Below are positions 11,935-25,747 of a stretch of 64,000 nt of DNA, piece after piece. The notes under the pieces are model-generated. The model was not told where the DNA came from. It searched no databases and saw only the letters and a list, made by a program, of their open reading frames with translations. A program made the position numbers and the translations under genes. This DNA comes from Podarcis gaigeae (taxonomy: Eukaryota). The stretch lies in NCBI GenBank assembly GCA_964106915.2, contig OZ066922.1. One strand, given 5' to 3'. How positions within the stretch are numbered: the stretch's first letter is position 1; each line of letters begins with the position of its first letter.

Positions 11935-12794
11935 GAAAATGTCAATCATTTTTCCTACCTGGGCAGTTATCTTTCCACAAGGGCCGACACTGATGCCGAA
12001 ATCCAGCATTGCCTGAGCTCTGCGAGTGCGGTTTTCTCCCGATTGAAGTGCAATGTTTGAGGACCAGGACATTCGCAGGGAAACCAAAATGCTTCTTTAC
12101 AAAGCTATTGTACTACCAACCTTACTGTATGCTTGTGAAACATGGACCCACTTATAAACGCCATCTCCAAGTCCTCAAAAGATTCCATCAACGATGTCTC
12201 CAAAAAATTTTACACATCACTTGGGAAGACAGGCAAACTAATGTCTGTGTACTGGAAGAAGCAAAGATCACCAGTGTTGAAGTGATGATTCTTCAACATC
12301 AACTTCGATGGACTGGTCATGTTGTGCGGATGCCCAATTATCGGCTTCAAAAGCAACTACTCTATTCTGAACTTAAAAATAGAAAGCGTAATGCTGGTGG
12401 TCAACAAAAAAGGTTTAAAGACTGTCTCAAGTCAAATCTAAAAAAATTAGTATAAACACCGACAACTGGGAAACACTGGCCTGAGAGCTTCAACTGGAGA
12501 ACAGCCTTCCCTAAAGGTGCCATGGGCTTTGAAGACACTCAAACTCAGGACGAAAGGGAGAAACTTGCTAAGAGGAAGGCAGGTTTGGCAAACCCTCACC
12601 ATGATCAACTCCTGCCTGGAAACCTATGTCCCCACTTTGGAAGGACATGTGGATCCAGAACTGGCCTCCACAGTCACTTATGGACTACTGTTAAAACTGG
12701 GTTTATGGAAGACAATCTTACTCAGCTACGAGTGATCACTGAAGAAGAAGAGGAGGAGGAGGAGGAGGAGGAGGAGGAGGAGGAGGAGGAAGAA
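11935..12794 (+). mobile_element. RTE-clade LINE, 5'-truncated, frameshifted ORF2 3' part
   Basis: ENVNHFSYLGS..., RFHQRCLQKILHITWEDRQTN..VLEEA, QLRWTGHVVRM..RL.KQLLYSEL..R..GGQ.KRFKD.LK, C-terminal CPHFGRTCGSRTGLHSH; (GAA)(GAG)n tail; 31-bp TSD at 11904-11934 and 12795-12825. Confidence 0.93.
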
Positions 12795-14287
12795 AAGAGT
12801 GCTTTAAATGGATGGTGTGGTTGTGAGCATAGAAAGCCAACTCGTACCAGTTCAGAATGAATGTCCATTTAGCTCAATATTGTCTACTCTGTCCAGCAGC
12901 AGCTCTCTAGGGTCACAGGCATAAAGGATGAGTTCCCATGACTTGATGGTTTGAGCTGGAGAGTCTAAGGATCAAATCTGGGATCTACTGCATGGGACGT
13001 TCTGCAGTGAGATGTTGCTCATCAATCTTGGGAAGAGGACCAAGAAGAAAGGTACCCAGAGCATGATCAAGCTAGTCCTGTTGCCACTAGCCACCATCCT
13101 CTCCTCAAGAGAGAGGAGAACAAGGAGAAGGTCCTCTGAACAGAGACAAGGCAATGTGAGTTGCTTTGGCTCAGGCCTCTGGAAGATTTATACCACCGCT
13201 GAGGTTTTAGGATTTAACCCGCTGCACCAAAGCAGAGCATCTGACCCCTAAAGCATCCCTGCATAAGAAAAGACCACCCTCAGACAGCACGGCTCCTGAC
13301 TGAACCGCTGTTGAATCTTGAATATAACAAGCCCTTAAGACGCCAAATGACATAAAAGAAGCAGTTGCTTTTGGCTATGCAGATCAACACATTAAGTTTT
13401 AATTGGTTTAATTTAGTGAACTGCTAAAATTACTGTAAACATGCCTTGTGCTTTCTTGTCTTCTATCAAGATGTCAATTCCTTCATTACAAGCGAATGTA
13501 ATATTCAGTTGACAGATACAGTGATTTGCATAGTATTAAATAAGAGCTGGTTCGAACCATAAGGTTCCCTGTTCTTTTTCTAAAATATCCGCTTTCTCTC
13601 TTCTTTCTTTTTGTCCCAGAATACCAGTCAGACTTTCTCCTGCGCTTTCCTCCTCCCTCCACCATCCCTGCCATAGATCAGTAGAAGATTCATCATACTC
13701 TTGAGTTCTATGAAGAAAGGAGGATGCTCTTTGTGAGCTAATATATTTTACTGGTTGAGCACTGAAGATGGTACAGGCAGGCCATTAAAGTTACCCGGGG
13801 GCTTCTTAAGGGGAGATAATAGCCAGCTACTCTTATCTCAGGCTGACAGAAACATGGCACACCAAGGAATGGCACAATTCATACAAGTCTGTTTGTGCAA
13901 AGGCAGGGGGATTGCACGAACACACGAAAGATGATGGGGGGGGGGGAGAGAAAGCTAAACTAAAGAAGACTGATTCTCAAGTTTATCCTTTCTGTACAAC
14001 TGCAAAGATTATTCCTTCCAGGATTCTCTGTAAGTCCTGGAGTGGACTTCACTATCCTTAGCCCAGAGCATTCTGGAATCCTGGTCTAGATCAATGAATG
14101 GACCTGCAATAGACACTGAACTTGGGGCATTTGTCGTAGGAAAAGTTGCTCCAGTTCTGCAAAATATGAATAATCTGTAATGCCTGCTTTCTCTGGAAGA
14201 AAGCAATGGCTGATTTGGCAAGGCTGTTGTGAGAAGATTGTGCATGTGTTGCTAATCATTATATAAATGCTCTGACATGTGGCCAAA

Positions 14288-14343
14288 CATAGGAGCCAAC
14301 TCCTAGGGGCTGAGGTCCCTTCGGCTTCCACAATAAAATATTT
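14288..14343 (+). mobile_element. Left-end fragment of the hAT MITE family seen at 56543
   Basis: CATAGGAGCCAACTCCTA...cttcggc..ccacaataaaatattt shared with 56543-56600. Confidence 0.75.
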
Positions 14344-15955
14344 GCTGCCTCCCAAAGCGCAGAGGAAAGATAAGTGTGGATAAGTCCAAAATTGAGACAC
14401 CATGTCAAAATGTTTCTATCTAGATCCGCATTTATCATTGCATTCTCCTCTTTAGGGAAAATTCTTTAGCTTTCCCTCCTGCTTTAATATCATGCTACTG
14501 ATATTTTAAACTGATTGCATTTTTTTCATTTTATGATACACCTGACAGTTAGTTGCCCTGAGGGTCCCATTAAGATGGAAAGTGCAGGATAAAAATGTGT
14601 TGTGTTTTGTTTTATAAATAAGATAGGTAGATAAACAGGTACTTACTTTCATGCTCACTTCAGCCCCTGATTAGTTCCTGGATACTATCTGCCACCAGCA
14701 TCTCAATACCACCAAGGGAACGTTATATCATTATAAATGGTTGGGAAGCTCAGTCCATATTGAAATGAGTGGGGATTCTGCAAGAGCGGCTATTTGCAAA
14801 CTGGAGCCTAGTTATTTTAGAGAATTGATATAAACTATGGGCATCGATTTCCTTATTTATTTTCTTTCTTTTCCTCCAGCACCGATAATCTTCTATTATT
14901 TCACCACTTTGGCAGTTTTAGTAGTTTGGAAAAAAAGTTCATTTTTAAATTTGGGTATGTTTGCCCATTGTATTTATTCTTTTGCTACTTTATGTTTATC
15001 CCTGCAGATTTTTATGTTAGACTATATATGTGCAAACATAAAAACGAGAAGACAAAAACATAAAACTGCCCCAAGAATTAACTGTAATGGGTTCAGGAGA
15101 ATTCCTGAAGGAAGAGGACGAGTGGATTTCCCCCACGTTTCTTTTCTAAATAATAATTTGAAACTTTAAAACACAATTAACTGTGCAATAAGGGATATTT
15201 AGAGTACTGGATGGTTCAAGGAGAGGAATAGGCATGCTAATACACAGTGTGTATAGTGATTACACAACATTAAAAAGAAACACACAGCATAAACCTGGTT
15301 CAATATTTAGGTCACATCTGCACTTAGAACAGTATCATTCCACTTTAAATAGCCATGGGTTCCCTCAAAGCATACAGGGAACTGTAATTTCTTTCAAAGG
15401 TTCTGAGAGTTGTTCAAAGACTGCTAATTCCTCCCACAGAGCGAAAATTCCCAGAGTTCCCTATTCTTAAACCAGTTGCAAACCAATTACAATCAGAACT
15501 AGAGTGGTATGTATCATAGGCCACGGTACATCTTCAGCATGTGATGAAAGTTCAATGATTATGGTGCCACACACACCTCTGCGGGGAAGGAATTCAACAG
15601 CCAACAGCACCCCAAGCTTCTAAAGATGGAGGAACAACCAAGAGCTGCCCAGTGATGATCTTAACACCTGGAAGGGTCTACATGGAAGGAGTCGGTCTTT
15701 TAGACATTTGGGGCCTACGTCGTTTAAGGGCTTAAAATACTACCTTGAGCAACTTCAGTTGGGCCCAGAAACAAACTAGTAACAATCAAATGTGTTACTT
15801 TATTACACGCAGAGAGGGTTTTTTACATTAGAGAAATTGGAAAATATTCTACCCTCGCTACCATCTGAAGTGGTACCAGAACCAACAGCAGTGTAGTGTG
15901 TAAGTTAAACCAAGGAGGCCTGAGTTAAAATCCTCACTGAGCCACAAAGCTTGTT

Positions 15956-16205
15956 AGAAGAAGATGACAACATTTGGATTTGATCTCCTGCTTTATCACT
16001 GCCCGAAAGAGTCTCAAAGCGGCTAACATTCTCTTTTCCCTTCCTCCCCCACAACAAACACTCTGTGAGGTGAGTGGGGCTGAGAGACTTCAAAGAAGTG
16101 TGACTAGCCCAAGGTCACCCAGCAGCTGCATGTGGAGGAGCGGGGACACGAACCCGGTTCACCAGATTACGAGTCTACCACTCTTAACCACTACACTGCA
16201 CTGGC
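15956..16205 (-). mobile_element. Young tRNA-derived SINE (lacertid-type), nested in an older CORE-SINE
   Basis: Near-identical to 41765-42019 and 58604-58860; A/B boxes on the minus strand; (TTC)-type tail. Flanks ~15888-15955 and 16206-16325 look like the two halves of an older SINE. Confidence 0.9.
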
Positions 16206-17029
16206 TCTCACCACTTAGGTGACCTTGAACCAATCACATTTCCATTGTGAGGATTAAATGGGGGAAACAGAACCAAGCAAACAGCCCTGAGTTCCTTAGA
16301 GGCTAAGTAACTGTGTGATTCATAATACATAAATCCTATTTCCCATCCTGAGTAAATATTAGACACCTTGGGGGGGGGGGGCAGGGAGAGAATCCCACTA
16401 ACAAATGCTTTTAGGGCACAGATAGCACAGGGATATGTAGAAAACATACAGCACCTAGTGGACAGTTTTTACCACTTTGTTCCCAAGCGATTTCACCAAA
16501 CAAATTCTCCTTCACTTCAAATTGTGCCTGTGAGTGGCTGGGGTAAATTCTCTGCACATCAATATTCTCTCTCTCTTTCTCTCTCATATGTCAGTGTATA
16601 TACCTGCTCTAAGTGTGGCAAACAAGGTCAACTAGATTGCCTTTTGGAAATGAACCTCAAGATCCTCCATCTCCAATTCAAGTTAGAAATTAGTAGTTTT
16701 TTCAAGACAGAGAAATGTGGTATTTTCTGCTCCAGGAGAAATCTTCCTCACTTTCCATACTCAACAAGGTCAAACCATCTACTGCAACACAGTAACCTTT
16801 CAAATAACATATGCACTCGCTTGCTTGACTGGACCGCCTACCTTTCTCTAGTACAGAAAAAAGACTAGAGAAAAGGTCAGTGTGTCATAAACGTATCGTG
16901 GAAAGTGCAAGAGTTGTGACAACTAAATAAGAAACACCACCTTTATAAGAATACAGGTTCATATTGCACAATACTCAGAGTCAGGACACTTGATAGCATG
17001 GAACAGGTTTGTGGGCTTCAGTTTTATGT

Positions 17030-17086
17030 AGAGTGGCTGGGCAACCCAGCCTGATGGGCAGGGTATAATAAAAATAATAAAAATAA
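17030..17086 (+). mobile_element. L2 3' tail fragment
   Basis: agagtggctgggcaacccagcctgatgggcagggtataataaa matches the 3' end of 6897-7227. Confidence 0.75.
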
Positions 17087-17197
17087 TGCCCTACAACAAC
17101 AACAAGGTGGGACTCAATCCACACATTATTATGCAAATAAAATGGATTCATGGGTACAGAGGTGCAAAAGTGCCATGGGCCAGTAAATGATGGTTTG

Positions 17198-17313
17198 TAT
17201 AATAATAATAATAATAATAATAATAGTAATAACTTATTGTTTATACCCCGCCCATCTGGCTGAGTTTCCCCAGCCACTCTGGGCGGCTTCCAATCAAGTG
17301 TTAAAAACAATAC
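17198..17313 (-). mobile_element. L2 3' tail with (TAA)n
   Basis: Reverse complement of the 7095-7227 3' UTR and tail. Confidence 0.85.
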
Positions 17314-17633
17314 ACTTTCAAGTTTGAACCAGGAATCAGATCTTCAGGGTTAAGGAACATCGGAATGTCCCCTATACTCAGTGAGACCATTGGTCCCTCT
17401 AGTTCATTGTGGCAGCAGCTCTCCAGAGTTCCAGATGGATATTTCCTGTCCTGACTTCGAGATGTGAGGGATTGACCCTGGGACATTCTGAAATGCACTG
17501 AGCCCCAGCCCTTCCACTATTCCCTGTGACAGTTGCTGCTACCAGGTATCTTCCATGCTCCTTCTACTATTAGGAGAACATTTTAACGTCAAGGCCAGAA
17601 AATGCAGCTTTAATCTTTCTGTTTACTACAGTA

Positions 17634-17995
17634 AAGGTAAAGGTAAAGGTACCCCTGCCCGTATGGGCCAGTCTTGACAGACTCTAGGGTTGTGCGCTCA
17701 TCTCACTCTAGAGGCCAGGAGCCAGCGCTGTCCGCAGACACTTCCGGGTCACGTGGCCAGCGTGACAAGCTGCATCTGGCGAGCCAGCGCAGCATACGGA
17801 ACGCCGTTTACCTTCCCGCTGGTAAGCGGTCCCTATTTATCTACTTGCACCCGAGGGTGCTTTCGAACTGCTAGGTTGGCAGGCGCTGGGATGGAACGAC
17901 GGGAGCACACCCCGCCGCGGGGATTCAAACCGCCAACCATGCAATCGGCAAGTCCTAGGCGCTGAGGTTTTACCCACAGTGCCACCTGTGTCCCA
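17634..17995 (-). mobile_element. Full-length young Sauria SINE with 14-bp TSD
   Basis: (AAAGGT)3 tail, CpG-rich body, head ending ...gccacctgtgtccc; TSD TGTTTACTACAGTA at 17620-17633 and 17996-18009. Confidence 0.95.
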
Positions 17996-19605
17996 TGTTT
18001 ACTACAGTAGTGACTGTTAATCTACTTCTGCTGATGACTGCTCAGGTATCTCCTACCCTGCTGTTGAGGGGACCTATGGCCCAGTCAAAATGCCATTCCT
18101 GGCGCACCATTTTGTTCTTTAGGTCAGTTGTTGTGCAGATAGATGTCCAAATAGGTACTTGCCTCACCCTGCCATTGACATTCAGGCTGAAGCATAAAGA
18201 GTGTGACAGGAAGCGAGGATGGTTGGGCGTTCAACTAAAAAATGTAGTACATAAGAGAACGGCTGTGCTTCCTTAACTGCATTAGCCTGATGAGTTGGAA
18301 AAGGGTCCAGATGCACTTTGACAGATGTACATATAAATTACTCATAGCCATATCAGCACAGAATGCTTTCCAAGACAGAATTTGAACTTTGGTTGTTTGA
18401 CGGATAGGGGGAAAGGTACCATTATGGGACAATTAAACCTTAATCAGTTTCTACTACTAGAAGTACACATACACTTAAAGTCTGTTCATATTCTATGAGT
18501 CTCCTATAGAAGTTTATGGGAAGAATAAGTATTTCATGTTGTAAAATATAATGCAAATGTAGGTTTCAATGTGTACCTAGGAGGAATATGCTGTATCTGG
18601 AACATGTAGTAAAAAACCCCTGTAAATGGTGAATGAGAAGTCTAGCAGTGAGCTAGTGGTATGTCAAGCCAACCTCTATGGGCATCTGCCATCCTCTTGT
18701 TTATCAGTTGACAACTTGTTAAGATAATTAGCTCACACTAATCACCCACCTGTGGAACACAGAAGCTGAACCTGGCCTATCCCATTTGAACAATTTTGTT
18801 TCGTGTATCATTAGAAAGAGCACACAAGCTGTCGGGTAGCATACTTCAGTGCAGAAGAGGTACAAGCAAACACCTCTTTTAATAATGAAACCAAGTAAAC
18901 ACAATTTGCGACCCCATAGAATCAGCCAATGCATTCCTGACTTATTTTATCGCATTATCTATGTACCTGACTGAAATCTTCATCTTTACAATGATCTGGC
19001 CCATCTTACAACCTTTGCAGAAGGATTAGTTTGTCAAAGTTAATGAACATGGGGAAATATGAAATAGAGGTGCTTGTCTCCTTTGAAGAAACAAATAGGT
19101 CATTAAGCCATTAAATATGAGAACACCACCTGGAGAGGATTAATGGTGGAGTTTTACAGCTTACCCTCTGATCACATTCCACGGCGTTTCTGACGGTGTA
19201 AAAGAAAACACAACAGTCACCCAGCTCTCAGCCTAATAAACTAAACCACAGGACCCCTTTTCGAAAACATTGGTGTGTTGCCACCTTTCTGAAGGATGGA
19301 GCATCTAACAGATGCAGATCATAGAGAAATTGACAAGTGATGCTTTTTGCCCCAGCATGGAGATGTCGCTGTGGGGAAAGCTTTGCAGCTGTTGGTTTCT
19401 GCCTGTTAAAGACATCAATCAAAGAGAGGAAAGCACTGGCACGTGAGCCAGATGTGGCCCATGGGGCCTCCCCATCTGGATTATATGCATCCCCTCCTCC
19501 CTGAATGGTAATTAGACTGGAAATCTTTCCTTTGGAGCTATGGGTCTAAGAGCAGTTGAGCTATGCAAAGAAAGGAGACAGAAAAACCAAGCGAAGTTTA
19601 TAATA

Positions 19606-19829
19606 AAGTGGTACCTCGGGTTACATACGCTTCAGGTTACATACACTTTAGGTTACAGACTCCGCTAACCCAGAAATAGTACTTCGGGTTAAGAACTTTG
19701 CTTCAGGATGAGAACAGAAATTGTGCTCTGGCGGCCCCATTAGCTAAAGTGGTGCTTCAGGTTAAGAACAGTTTCAGGTTAAGAACGCACCTCCGGAATG
19801 AATTAAGTACTTAACCCGAGGTACCACTG
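19606..19829. mobile_element. Tigger-like MITE, copy 2 (opposite orientation to copy 1)
   Basis: TA|aAGTGGTACCTCGGGTTA ... TAACCCGAGGTACCACTG|TA. Confidence 0.9.
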
Positions 19830-22800
19830 TACTTGGGAATAGAGTTGCCATAATATACAGTATGTCGTAAAGCTAATTTTGGTTTGAATTTGGGGTTCTT
19901 CTTTAGGACAAACTTATGAGGAATTTCCAGGAATCCAAAAAGATTGACAATAAGCACTCAGGCTGTCGGAAGGAAGCAGGCAGTGTGAGTAAAGGACAGG
20001 ATCAGAGTGGATGTGGCTACATTCAAGATCTCCACAATAATCAGCCAGATCCTTGCAAATCTATAGAAAAAGCAGATTCATGTATCATTCTACATCACTT
20101 CACCCTTAGCATTTCACATTCCATCTCTCAGCTGTGATAAGGACTCTGTGGCCTTCCTAATGCTGATTGACTCATCATCATCATCAGCATCATTTCTATA
20201 CCGCTTTATATTTTAAAGAACAAATTTCAAAACAGTTTGCAATACATTAAAACATCAAATAAAACAATCAAGAATAAATAAACTCCTGACCACTGGCCAT
20301 TCAAGCTGATGATTATGGGTGTTGAAGTCCAACAACATCTAGGGGACCACAGGTTTCCCATCCTTGATTTACAGCTTTCCTGGAGGCTTACATGGGAATT
20401 ACAGCTTTTGTTATTCAGTAGCAGACATTAAAAAATGTAATGATTGCAGCAAAGGAACTACAATATTATGCCTTCCATTTCCTCTGGCAGTCTTTAAAAT
20501 ATCTCATCCTTTTAAATATCTCATCCTTGGTAAGCATCTTCTGCATTACAGCCATGAAAAGAGACAGCTGTGAAAAAGGCTCCGAGAAAGTGAAGCAGGG
20601 GCAGAAATGTGACCTCTCTCATACACACACACTAATAGCCCAAAGACATGACCCATAACCCTCTTAAGTTGAGGGATGAGCATTAAAGGCAAAATTCCTG
20701 TTGAGATTTCTAACAGTGGTGCATGATAGACTGCAACCTTAAACTCCCAAACATCAGCCCAAATGCTTTTCTTTAAACCCACTTAGTCCCATTTAGGTCA
20801 GTGCGTTGTGGATCATGTTGCTAGTACATCATCAGAGTTGTGTTTGGGAGCTGCTGATGGTACAGAAAGCACACCTGTGCTGCAGACTTCAAGGGGATGG
20901 CTGTTCAACATTTCTCATTAAGTCAGAGAAACAGTTGTGCACAAAATTCTGATCCGTTACTGCAAAGGACAAATTACTGCAATGCACTGAAAAACATTTT
21001 TTAAAATGAAGAACTTTGCTGGATCATGCCAGTGACCCATCCAGACCATGTCCTGATTTTACGGTGGCCAACTAGATGCCCTCAAGCAGAAACTGAGTGC
21101 AGCAGCACTCTCCCCACTTGCAAACCGCAGCAACTGGTATTCAGAGTCATATTTGACAGCGGACGGAGCACATAGCAACTGAGGCTTATGGACACTGAGA
21201 GCCCTATCGACCACAAATAAGCTTCAGTTTCAATTTATTCATTAGCATTAGCAATGAGTGATGGAGTGAAATTCCTCCATCTTGATTTGTAATCGGCATA
21301 GCCTTCGCAGGGTTTCCTGGAGAATTCTCAGAGAAAACAAGAGTTCTTCCCTTATCTCAGGTTTTCTATGCTCAGCCTAAGGCAAGCCTTTTTGCCACAC
21401 CAATCCTCTGCTGCCACAGATACCATCTTTTCCACAGTTTTCCAAACTTACTAAGTCCAAATGCGAGGGGAGAGAAACCAGAAGCACTAAAGACCAGTGA
21501 CAGTAGGGGGCTTGCCCTATAACCCCATGGCTCCCCCTTACAGTGAAGGCTTCTGGGAATATTCAGAGCCTCCACTGCACATAGGAACCAGAGTTTCTCT
21601 ATTCTATATAGTTCTGAGGAAAGCATGCAAAATGTTCAATCTATAGATGCCTTCAGAAGTTACCATCTGAAACATTCCGAGCACAAGTGGAAGGAGAAGT
21701 GGAGACACAAACATACATTTGCCCTGCCCTCAATACTCCACCACCAAATCTTTACATACTGAGTGGAAGGTCTAAAGGAGGACCCCCATGTAGGCTTCAC
21801 CAATAATTCACACCACCATGTAAGCTGTAGACTCCATCATGTGATTGGGAACCCTGCCCAACTCTCTCTGCCCTTAGTTGCCCACACTGAAATTTAAATT
21901 TATTGGTTGGGTCACCTTTGTCAGGAGTAATCAATTTGGTGCACTCCAGATGTTGCTAGATGCCAATTCTGATTCACTAACCATCAGGGCTTATGGGAAC
22001 TGTCTGATGTAATGATGCTATGGACTTGTGCAAACAAAATCACATAGGGCAAGGATAGCCAACATGGTGCCATCAAAAAACAGCTGGAGGGCACAGTATT
22101 GGCCACTGTAATTTTGTTTACATAAATCCATGATATTATTGCATCAGACAAGCATTGTTGTGACATCATAGACAAAATAATGTGAGTTCCTGCCACCAAA
22201 ATGGCAGTGTGAGCAAGAGGAGGATGAAGATTTGCCCAGAGAGGAGTAGCATTGAAAAGTGCCCCAGTAAGCGCTGATAATCACATAAAATGAGAGATGT
22301 CAGAAAAAGAATGCAAAATTAAGGAAAGTAGGTTTGGCTCAGCATTATTTTTAGTTTCTGGATCATCAATTTCTTTCAACATCATGAATTCTGCAGAACA
22401 CTGGCTTTTATGTCATAAGTGGTGCAAAACATTCCACATTGTAGTTTCTTTTCTTTCTTTTTTAATTTCAGAGAGAAATATGAATACTTATTTCTATGCC
22501 AAAAAGAAAGAACAAAAGAAAGAGCCAAATGAGTCAAAATATTTATGAAACCATTGCCTGGCACTCCAATTCGCGGAATGGAAATGGCAACTACTATTTT
22601 CCCAAGTGAAAAGGTTTATGGCTGTCTTAATGTGATGAAAGCTCAAGGGCTCTGCCATTATTTCTTCTCTAGCCTCCCTATAGTGTTTCCTTGAATGATG
22701 ACATGAGTCTTTTTCATAAGCCAAGTTTTTGTGAAGAAAGTCCTCAAAGCACATTATTAAATATCATAAATGTACAATTGTGTGGTTGATGTCAAAGAGT

Positions 22801-25570
22801 GTTACCAGTGGTCAATGTGCCTAAAACCATATAAAAAGTTAAAATTATAAATCAGCTAACTGTTATGGAAATATGTGTACTTAATTGCCTGCATAAGCGT
22901 TAGAGGGGTTTTCAGTAAACATTTAAAAGTTGAATCGCTATTGGCAGAGTATTCCACAAATTGGCCTGATGGCGCTAAAGATTCAGTTTCTTGTTGTGGT
23001 CTAATGAGCCTCACCAACTTGGGGAACAACCATTGACAATCCTGCAGATTATCTCAGTGACCAAGCTAAGACAAGTAGTCCCTGACGTACCTTGTAGCTA
23101 TGCTGTTCAGAGCGTTGTAAATGAATACAAGATCTACAACTTTCACCAGCCCCAGCCAGCATGGCTGATGGTCAGGAATGATGTGAGCTGTAGTACAACA
23201 TCATATGGAGGTTGAGGAAGTCTGCTCCAGACTCACGCGTGGACAATCAGGAGGATGGGCATTGCTGAGACACCAAACAACCCCATGGTATCTGCTTCAA
23301 TTGTTTTGTGGAGAAGTCCGTTTCAAAACACCAAAGAAGCACCAGCAAATTAACATGAAGTGGGAACATCAACTCTAGATGAATTACCTGCAAGTTAAGG
23401 CAGCATTTGCATTTGTAACAAAAGACAAATTCTTTACTGTGCAGATAATTTTATCTATTTTGAGGATAGGATTCCACTGTGCAAGGATGTTTTGACAACT
23501 CAAACTTCTTGCAGAGGGGTAGTAATTGCAGCACTGCTTCAGGTATACTTAAAGGGTAGCTAGGATGCATGAAGGCATTTCAATAAGATAAAGGAGATTT
23601 GAAAAAAAGCAAATAAGCAGTCCTTGTCCCCTCATTTCTCAATGGCAAATTATTTGAAAGAGCAGGAAGCAAGGAAATATCTTTCTGGGGTCTCAAAAGG
23701 CCAGAAAATAAAAGGAGGGGTAAATGTATTTATTACATTCAGGAGACACAAACGCAGGAGGCCAAATAGACATTAAATGATTCTCAAACATTTATTCAAA
23801 GCATAAATATGCCACAATTTTGGAATGCAATTTCTCTCCCAATATTTCAGAGATTTCCCTGAGCCTGCCAAAATATCATTTTGTCCTCTAAAAGTATTCC
23901 AGAATCATATCTCTTAGTGGCAGTGAAATGGGAGGAATAACACAGAGCCCAAGAAATTCTTATTGGTTTGCTATCACTTCCTATTCTCCTTTTTTCCTTA
24001 GTATCAATTCTCATTGCCCACAACAAAATTGAGATAACTGATAGGCTTCAATCTTTGCTGCTGAAAATAGTCTTTCAAAGCCTCCTTTCAATGTCTTTTC
24101 TTCACTGGTGTTAATTGATCTGTATAATTGTGACAGCCTCAGCAATGCCTTGGGCAGATCCAGTTTGGGTATCTCAGTCCAGACAAATGTGAACCCACTC
24201 AAAAGTGGCCCCCTACTTGATTTCCGGACCTGGGGACCCACAAAACCTTGGTCTTGTTGAGATTCAGTTTTAGATTTCCAGCCCTTTTCCAGTGTAATCA
24301 CGTTCAGCATTTGAATTAATCAGCTGCATAATTGTAGCAGCTCATTACACCTATGGTACATATCTGACATGCCAACTCTGTGCATGCACACCATGTCTCA
24401 ATGACAGCCACAAAGAAATGGTGAGGTCTTTATGATCCTTTCTGGTCTGCATCCCAACCTGATCTTAGTTGTCCTAACCCATTTTCTTCCTTTTCAGCAG
24501 CTACAAAGGGATTATTGGTATAGATACAGGACATAGGACCTTGTGATTCTACAAAAAGGAGGACGACTGTGGTCCTCTGCATAATTTTGTATTTATCCCA
24601 CGAACGGGCATTCATGGGCCCAATAGATCTCAGGCCAAAATGGAAGGCATACTTCTTTTCTCCATGCTCCTGAGTTCTTTTTTGAAGTCGCTACTTATTA
24701 ATACAACTTCTGAGAATCTCCCTCATACTCTTGTTAGAGGCTTATTAACCCTCCATCCTGACTGCCTCTGGCAATGGCCCTATGATACATCAAACTTTGG
24801 TGGCCAAGAAAGGTAGGAAACACCTAAGAGAATTGCAAACCAAGGTGCTCCAGATGGAATGTCTAAATGTTGTTTCAGTTCTTCCTTTTGGGAAGAAGGG
24901 TTTTTAATGACAGCTAACAGGGGAGAGCTTAGGGATGCCAAGACGCCATGCCAGACAGTATTTTGGAACCATACTGCTGCTGCAGCTTACATTGGATGGC
25001 AAATGTATTGGTTAAAACAGATATATAATTATAACTGAGGAGGTGCATTTTGGAAGCCGCAGCCAGGAGCTGGCAGTTACAAACAGTCCTGCCTACTTGT
25101 TAACAATGTTTTCTCACTGTAATTTTATCCAAAACCAATGAACGCATTGGAAGGAAGCTCACAAGCTTCAGCGGGGTTGGGCAGGACTTTTCAGCCACTA
25201 TATACTCTCTTTAGCAACACAATAAAATGTTGATTAAAGGGCCTGTCTGCAGCCATTCAAATCAACTGGAGCTGTGCCGTGACATTAATTAGATATGTGG
25301 ACGGCAGCCCAAGTCTACCGCATTTTAGGAATATTGTTTTTCAAAAAATAAAATCATGTAATGCAAACTGGTAGAACAACAGGACAAAAAAAGTTTATAG
25401 GTAATATTTTTATCACATATTATTCACCGGAGGTAGTGGTTTCAAGGAATCTGTAAGGGCATGAGAGCAGGAATTGGTCTTCTCTTCAATGGCAAGTGAG
25501 CATTTCACATATGAAATTTCAGAAGGCTGGGTTGCAATTATGGAGGTTACTTGGCATTCTTTAAATCAGG

Positions 25571-25747
25571 CAGAGGTAGATTTAGGGGAGTGAGACCAAC
25601 TTGATTGCACTGGGTGCAGAGCCTTGGGGGCACTGCGGGGGGCGCCACAACTATGACACAACTATGACACAGAGGTGGAGGGGGTTTCCTGTATTTTGGT
25701 GTTGCACAGGGTGCCACTGAAATTTGAGACCCCAAAGTCTGCTGCTG
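25571..25747. mobile_element. hAT-like MITE
   Basis: CAGAGGTAGATTT...AAAGTCTGCTGCTG ends; gggtgccactgaaatttgagacccc shared with 37106-37230. Confidence 0.6.

Noticed and set aside
12009-12860. 148-aa and 112-aa ORFs as host genes
   Set aside because: They are frameshifted RTE ORF2 remnants; the poly-E comes from the (GAG)n tail
13590-13710. Exon after the strong polypyrimidine acceptor at 13619
   Set aside because: All three frames stop within ~90 nt and no good donor is nearby; cannot be supported without transcripts
16368-16868. 166-aa ORF (longest in the track)
   Set aside because: Non-ATG start in a poly-G run, crosses a CT repeat, no recognisable domain or exon structure
18287-18310. 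Hammerhead ribozyme core (CTGATGA...GAAA)
   Set aside because: Stem II and the flanking helices cannot form
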